A stretch of DNA of 32,000 bases, from positions 30,001 through 62,000 of the forward strand of contig SHMX01000007.1 in assembly GCA_008080745.1 (NCBI GenBank), read 5' to 3'. The notes below the pieces were generated by a model. That model saw only the letters and a program-made list of their open reading frames with translations. It had not been told where the DNA came from and made no database searches. The DNA is from Candidatus Thorarchaeota archaeon. GTDB lineage: Archaea > Asgardarchaeota > Thorarchaeia > Thorarchaeales > Thorarchaeaceae. The translations under genes were made by a program, and so were the position numbers. This document shows, one piece after another, positions 27,301 to 32,000 of the stretch (positions within the stretch are counted from its first letter, which is position 1; every line of letters begins with the position of its first letter).

Positions 27301-28738
27301 ACAATACCCCAGAGCTATGTTTCTTCTGGACACTTCTCATGGTGGTGGATTCGACATTGGTGGCGAGTTTGACCTTGGTGGTGATGTGGGCTTAGATTCG
27401 AATATGTCTCTTCCCCTAGCTCAGGAATCCGAAGAAGAAGAGGATGATGAATCTGGATTTTCTATGGACTTCAGTTTGGGTAATCTTGATGATTTATCAT
27501 CATTGAGTGATTTTATGGAGTCATTTCGAATGACCACCTTTTCTGGGCTATCCAATCTCAAAAAGATTATGAGAACCAGGGGTCTCGACTTGATAGAAAC
27601 TCCTGGGATGGACCTAGACCAAGACTTACTCGCACAATTTTCTGGGGTCTTTATGTTCAGCCCCACTGAATTGTTTAACTCTACAGATATTGAGATTTTA
27701 TCAAACTATACTGCCGACGGTGGGAAACTCATTATCTTTGGTGATTATGAAGATCGTGCGAACCTAACAGCTCTGAATCCGTTACTCATGCACTTTGGTT
27801 ATGAGATGCAAGGTAAACATGAGAAAGAGAACACTACAGAAATTCATATTGATACCTTATTGGGTACGGATATCGAAAGTATCTACCTAAATGGTGGTAC
27901 TTACATTCTAAATAATGAGTCCAAAGCTTCTGTGTCGCTTAATGGGCGAACGGTTGTTCTTCTTGATGATAGTACGCCCGAATTGGCTCTCTTTGGATCT
28001 TCTCGAATCTTTATGAACAAGTATCTAGTGAAGAACAATAATAGTATTCTACTTGATAACCTCAATGAATATCTTCTACGGAACACTTTGACTGCCAATG
28101 CAAGTCTAGCAGTAAATCAAACCAGATATCCGGTAGGTCAAAGTGTCTACCTAAATCTTCAGATTGTTGATTATTGGGGTGAACCTGTAGATGATCTATT
28201 TGTAGCTATTGCATTTGAGTTGCCGGATGGAGAAATGAAATTCTTTATTGCGGGTTTTGTAGAGGATGGACTCTATTCTTCTCAGTTTACCCCCTCCTAT
28301 TATAACGGTGAGGGAGTCATCAACGGAATCTTCCTCATCATTGACGAAGATTATGCAACAACATATGCTTCAGTGAGTTTTGAACTATACAAAGACCAAA
28401 GCACCCAACCAACAGGAGAACCTGCGTTCATGCATATGGTAGTAGTTGCCATTGTCAGTTCGGTTGGAGTCTTTGGATCTCTATTTCTGGGGCTATTTCT
28501 AAACAAGTATCGTAGAGGAAAGAGGTTTCGTATTCCTGAAGTGGATGAACAACTCATGCGTGAGATAGATACCAGCATGAATATGCTACTTGCAATCTTT
28601 GTCCAGATGGAGGAGATTATTCAACGAAGAGATATTGACCGAATACAGAAGGTAGAACTGATTCGTGGTCTAATGACGGGCCTTCGAGAAGCCCTCGATG
28701 AGTTCAACGAAGTTAGCAACACAGTGGGAGGTGTCTAA
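24353..28738 (+). CDS. Membrane-anchored S8 subtilase-like protein with GATase-like (GldG/site-1-protease C-terminal-like) domain
   Basis: Signal/TM, propeptide, AILDTGID, GHGTYAAS, divergent Ser motif DTTSSSAAIVAG, later LLDTSH...GGKLIIFGDY domain, C-terminal TM and helical tail. Confidence 0.8.
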   Translation: MVRMPRYSRAKLRVFSLLVLTLFVMSSLTTNVTYPTSSSVSVDPLDKIESNLLNRTESDESLDLMVQYDTEASEFKARSAIEMLDSQADIIEVYEDLNMLRVEMLGTVIVDLAKNIFIKNIWSNEIRSIKQPTRVQSEDPADYEPLIDLINARNLWEQGYNGSGTVIAILDTGIDFTHPDLDDFDDDDNTTDTKVTTFASFVEADALPIDIIGHGTYAASIVAGTGNQSDGLYAGIAPGATLLGGKVTLGGLFASPSWIVSGLEWAARSGADIICLPFNTLGAPNDAVSVAVEEIVKKGIFVVAASGDDGPDYLTVMSPGGGPSCFTVGAYDTNTGTIPDFSGRGPSLSLVTKPDLVAPGVGVVGAKFGAGLGALLGGDSFSIGDLGDLGGLGGILGGSLGEDVDDNYIIADTTSSSAAIVAGAAAILMQAFDRATPIVLANVLRDTATTIPYGANDAGAGLLNLQAAFDYLSLRQEPGEASNRTTSTPLLSIGLLTSSAQDASTSLLMSSFGTSVLALDQRGEASSVHLLMGMFSLRWDDNDPMNLMQFDVKREMHQVAISSDTSTYNRWIGVLSYDDTIYVTFLVESYNFTTTTDQPLTGYRITPFILNLGETPLSNVSLFCSYSLDLFLDGEDDYGKYAIENQQLFAYSISEDYKSFYFGMNSSIPFDGFEVGNSSEISSHISDDNLTGSTTFDGSVGLGMKWDFGMLEPSLPENVTLALGFGENRTLLDESIEAMWNTEVPFSFANQGDLIVVEADLPRVARVGRSYLSRSVVMNIGEENSTVTAAMIVGKGEETEGTLFTNYFQFDVLEPFHAKILVAEWSPEFEDVYSAAWLVTAGIGDVLSLFSDPVSSLASTGLTITDDFIIRDLFVITPIESTSVFPKILPFAPFDIHFPADFGLYTFVVYTTVELGNLTVEKYGNASDWGNVTLNDAPSISSFYNFSLFLLAPPITVDGYHRCDYVINTEHGWTTNITLERNLQYPRAMFLLDTSHGGGFDIGGEFDLGGDVGLDSNMSLPLAQESEEEEDDESGFSMDFSLGNLDDLSSLSDFMESFRMTTFSGLSNLKKIMRTRGLDLIETPGMDLDQDLLAQFSGVFMFSPTELFNSTDIEILSNYTADGGKLIIFGDYEDRANLTALNPLLMHFGYEMQGKHEKENTTEIHIDTLLGTDIESIYLNGGTYILNNESKASVSLNGRTVVLLDDSTPELALFGSSRIFMNKYLVKNNNSILLDNLNEYLLRNTLTANASLAVNQTRYPVGQSVYLNLQIVDYWGEPVDDLFVAIAFELPDGEMKFFIAGFVEDGLYSSQFTPSYYNGEGVINGIFLIIDEDYATTYASVSFELYKDQSTQPTGEPAFMHMVVVAIVSSVGVFGSLFLGLFLNKYRRGKRFRIPEVDEQLMREIDTSMNMLLAIFVQMEEIIQRRDIDRIQKVELIRGLMTGLREALDEFNEVSNTVGGV

Positions 28739-28740
28739 GA

Positions 28741-29721
28741 TTGAAGGATCAGCCAAAGCGTGAGATTGACATCATTGACTTAAAGGTCGCATTTGGTGAT
28801 TTCTATGCTCTGAAGGGTGTTTCCTTCTTTGCTAATAAAAGAGAGTTTCTTGGTATTATTGGAGCCTCAGGAGCTGGGAAGACAACTGTTCTTCGTGTTC
28901 TTACGGGGCAAATAAGTCCCACAGAGGGAAAAGCATTTGTCGGCGGTTATGATGTCACTAAAAAGCGAGATCTCATTAGCTTACTTGTAGGTTATGTTCC
29001 TCAGCTAGAACATCTTAGTCTTTATTATGACTTCACACCTCTACAAAACGCTCAGTTCTTTGGACGTTGTTTCGGTATGCGTCCGAAGGAGATTGAGGAA
29101 CGAGCACGTAATATCATGACCATTCTTGGATTCGATGAAGAACTCATGACCAAAGAGGTCAAGAAGCTCTCCGGTGGTGAACGAAAACGAGTGTCTATCT
29201 GTTTAGGCATGATTCACGACCCGCCAGTATTACTTCTTGATGAACCAACAACCGGACTTGATGCCCACCTACGTCACGAAACCCTAAACTACCTCAAGTC
29301 ATTGAACTACGAGCTAGGCACGACTATGGTCATCATCTCTCATGATCTTGAGATTGTTGATTACTGTTCACGAGTATGTCTGTTGGAGTCTGGTTTAGTT
29401 AGCCAATTTGGCACACCATCAGATTTGATATCCACTCTACCTGGAAAAGGTGAAAGTTTGAAGGTGACACTTTCAGAGATGCGACCTGCTCTTGTTGAAA
29501 AAATCGATTCAATAAGTGGTGTAGAATACACGTCTCGTGCTGGAAGAAATGCTCTGAAGATTTTCATAGACGAACCAGAAAAAAACCTCTTGCCAATTAT
29601 TACCACCTTAAATGAATTGATGATTTCCTTCGAAGAGGTCAGCCTAGTCGAGAGCGACTTCTTCGATTACTTTGCTGTTAAACCTTGGAAAAGAAAACCG
29701 AAAGGAGGAACCAAATTATGA
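28741..29721 (+). CDS. ABC transporter ATP-binding protein (second)
   Basis: GASGAGKTT, YVPQ, LSGGERKR, LLLDEPTTGLD, ISH; TTG start. Confidence 0.93.
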   Translation: MKDQPKREIDIIDLKVAFGDFYALKGVSFFANKREFLGIIGASGAGKTTVLRVLTGQISPTEGKAFVGGYDVTKKRDLISLLVGYVPQLEHLSLYYDFTPLQNAQFFGRCFGMRPKEIEERARNIMTILGFDEELMTKEVKKLSGGERKRVSICLGMIHDPPVLLLDEPTTGLDAHLRHETLNYLKSLNYELGTTMVIISHDLEIVDYCSRVCLLESGLVSQFGTPSDLISTLPGKGESLKVTLSEMRPALVEKIDSISGVEYTSRAGRNALKIFIDEPEKNLLPIITTLNELMISFEEVSLVESDFFDYFAVKPWKRKPKGGTKL

Positions 29722-32000
29722 AAGCGCACCATATTATCTTAACAGTGGCTGTTTGCTGTGTTATCCTTGCACTGCAGACTCCTGCAGGAACCCTCTCAAA
29801 TGTATCTATCGGGATGGATGACTCTCCAGCAGCCCTCTCGGAGATTGCTCCATATCAGGTCTCTATTGCTTATTCAAACACCACTGGTTCTCAGATTGTA
29901 GACCTAACCTTATTGAACCTCGATGGTGATGCGAGTGATGAGACTGCCATTGTGACTCAGAATGGTACTTTGTTTGTATTTGATAATGATAATGTCAAGA
30001 TTTGGCAGCTTGATATCGGATCCACTCCTCATGTCCTTACAACTATGCAGGCCGATGGCGATAGCATCGATGAGATGCTCATTGGGACGGAGCAAGGCAT
30101 TCTACTAATTGCGGCAAATGAATCAGTTCTGCTGAATGTCACGTTGCCGGATCCAGTCCACGCGGTAGATACGGCAGATTTGGATGGTGATACGGTTGAA
30201 GAGATTGTTGTTGGATGTGATAATTTCCGTGTTTATGCATATGGTCTTAATTCTACCCAGCTCTGGAGCTACACCTCTAACGGGTTGGTTCGACAGGTTC
30301 ATGGAGTAGATGTGGACCTAGATGGAAAATCGGAAGTCTTGACTGGTTCTAATGGTGGTAGACTGGCACTCCTGAGAAGTAACGGTTCCGCTCTCTGGAG
30401 TATTTCCTCAAGCTATCGGATAACTTCACTTGTATCAGCTGATGTATTCGACACAGCTGAACCAGAACTCTTCTACGGCACCTCAAATGGTGACCTCTTT
30501 ATTCGTTGGAATAATGGGACCCTATTAGATACACAGGCCCATAACGATGGAATTTCATCACTCGTTGTATCCGACCTAATAACTGGTGCACCTTTGGAGG
30601 TCATAGTAGGCACATCGGGTGGTGAAGTACGCATATACAACTCAAGCCTTGTACTAAAGTGGAATAAGACCTTAGCGGCTGCAATCGCTGAAATCGAGGT
30701 ATCCAATATTGGCGGCCTTTCGGACCCACAACTTATTGCCAGCACAACTGGTGGAGACCTTTCTCTGTATAATGCTACAGGCTATCGAGTTACCTCATAT
30801 GACCTATTTGGCTTTGCTGGGGTCATGGATACAGGTGATATCGACAATAATGGCAATGATGAATTTATAGTAGGTCTGAACAGCGGTCAGTTCAATATCT
30901 ACGGACGCGACCAAGACAAGGACGGATTAGCTGATGCGCGTGAAACCCTTATAGAAGGCACAGACCCCAACGATGCTGATTCTGATAACGATAATCTGGA
31001 TGACGGCGAAGAAGTTCTTACCTATGAAACAGACCCCAATGATGCAGACTCGGATGATGACAAATTGTCTGACTTTGCTGAAGTAATCACCTACGAAACG
31101 GACCCCAATGATGCAGATTCTGACAATGATCTTCTCACAGATTGGCAAGAAGTATTCCTTGGTACCGATCCCAATACCGCGGATTCAGATGGAGATTTAC
31201 TAACCGACTACGAGGAGAACAACATAACGGCGACTGATCCCAATCTGGTTGACTCTGATGATGATGGGACGGACGATGCTCAAGATGATAATGATGGTGA
31301 TGGATTAACAAACATACAAGAGGTCCGTCTTACTGAGACCGACCCTAATGATCCAAACACCGATGGTGACGAACTCTCTGATTATTATGATGATGAGGAT
31401 GGAGATAACCTTGCAAACTGGAAGGAGATTCAAGTAGGCTCCGACCCTCTTGATCCAGATAGCGACTCGGATAATCTAAGTGATGGCGCAGAAGTAAAGA
31501 TCTGGAAGACATCTCCTATCGATGAAGATACTGATGATGACCAACTTACCGATTACGAGGAAGTAATGATTGTTCATTCCAATCCGCGTCAAGCAGACTC
31601 AGATGAAGATGGTCTCTCAGATTATGAGGAATATGTGACCTATGGTACCAATACAACCAATGCTGATTCAGATTACGATGGGCTGGATGATAATGAGGAG
31701 ATAAATGTCTACAATACCGACCCGCTGAATAATGATACAGATTCTGACCAAATTCTAGATGGACAAGAAGTCAATGTGTATGAAACCGACCCCAACTCAA
31801 ATGATACAGACCTTGACGGGCTCTCAGATTATGATGAAATCTTCACTCATGAGACCAATGCTACAAATAGTGATACTGATGGTGACAAATTATCTGATTA
31901 TGCGGAAGTAGTCACGTGGGGTACTAATGCCACTAATACTGATTCGGATAGTGACGGCATTAGTGATAAGTTTGAGGTGGATCACTATCCCACCTTTGAC
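29718..32000 (+). CDS. Secreted surface protein (partial, >761 aa, runs off right edge): signal peptide, 8 FG-GAP/PQQ-like propeller repeats, >=17 TSP3-like Ca-binding repeats
   Basis: Hand translation open from ATG 29718 (ATGA overlap with upstream stop; GGAGG upstream) to window end; MKAHHIILTVAVCCVILAL signal; blades such as ADLDGDTVEEIVVG; repeats such as DSDxDxLxDxEE. Confidence 0.9.
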   Translation, partial: MKAHHIILTVAVCCVILALQTPAGTLSNVSIGMDDSPAALSEIAPYQVSIAYSNTTGSQIVDLTLLNLDGDASDETAIVTQNGTLFVFDNDNVKIWQLDIGSTPHVLTTMQADGDSIDEMLIGTEQGILLIAANESVLLNVTLPDPVHAVDTADLDGDTVEEIVVGCDNFRVYAYGLNSTQLWSYTSNGLVRQVHGVDVDLDGKSEVLTGSNGGRLALLRSNGSALWSISSSYRITSLVSADVFDTAEPELFYGTSNGDLFIRWNNGTLLDTQAHNDGISSLVVSDLITGAPLEVIVGTSGGEVRIYNSSLVLKWNKTLAAAIAEIEVSNIGGLSDPQLIASTTGGDLSLYNATGYRVTSYDLFGFAGVMDTGDIDNNGNDEFIVGLNSGQFNIYGRDQDKDGLADARETLIEGTDPNDADSDNDNLDDGEEVLTYETDPNDADSDDDKLSDFAEVITYETDPNDADSDNDLLTDWQEVFLGTDPNTADSDGDLLTDYEENNITATDPNLVDSDDDGTDDAQDDNDGDGLTNIQEVRLTETDPNDPNTDGDELSDYYDDEDGDNLANWKEIQVGSDPLDPDSDSDNLSDGAEVKIWKTSPIDEDTDDDQLTDYEEVMIVHSNPRQADSDEDGLSDYEEYVTYGTNTTNADSDYDGLDDNEEINVYNTDPLNNDTDSDQILDGQEVNVYETDPNSNDTDLDGLSDYDEIFTHETNATNSDTDGDKLSDYAEVVTWGTNATNTDSDSDGISDKFEVDHYPTFD
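30909..32000 (+). repeat. Coding tandem ~20-aa Asp-rich repeats (TDPNxxDSDxDxLxDxxE)
   Basis: 17 D-x-D-x-D-x-L-x-D motifs counted by hand, about 60-nt period, degenerate at DNA level. Confidence 0.9.

Noticed and set aside
30909-32000. About 60-nt periodicity as possible CRISPR or DNA repeat element
   Set aside because: Repeats are degenerate at synonymous positions and fully explained by protein-coding Ca-binding repeats.

Overview
Archaeal chromosomal window, most likely from an Asgard archaeon (Thorarchaeia-like; inferred from archaeal TrpB2/HisG, TATA promoters, GGAGGTG-type ribosome-binding sites, tandem longin-domain genes and a Vps62-like gene; no phylogeny run). Left to right: a large secreted multidomain protein running off the left edge (minus strand, not in the ORF track); stand-alone trpB2; a tightly coupled hisGDCBHAFI operon (no hisE); a Vps62-like gene; nadB; two tandem longin + PD-(D/E)xK-like paralogs; P5C dehydrogenase; a TPR/Zn-ribbon protein; an EamA transporter; a degenerate six-hairpin glycosidase-like gene; and an ABC-exporter locus (permease, two ATPases, a 1461-aa atypical subtilase, and a beta-propeller/Ca-binding-repeat surface protein running off the right edge, also not in the track). 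Most striking: trpB2 and the his operon are each preceded by an unannotated 18-19 codon ORF packed with Trp and His codons (MVSRVYHYQWHWGPRGPV and MDTHHWRWRRHATWRNQVA). Both show parallel hairpin architecture and a shared downstream TGCTCTTTTT motif, and three helically phased TGTACA (TRP-box) sites sit upstream. This is a candidate ribosome-sensed Trp/His attenuation system in an archaeon. No rRNA, tRNA, CRISPR or transposase was seen.
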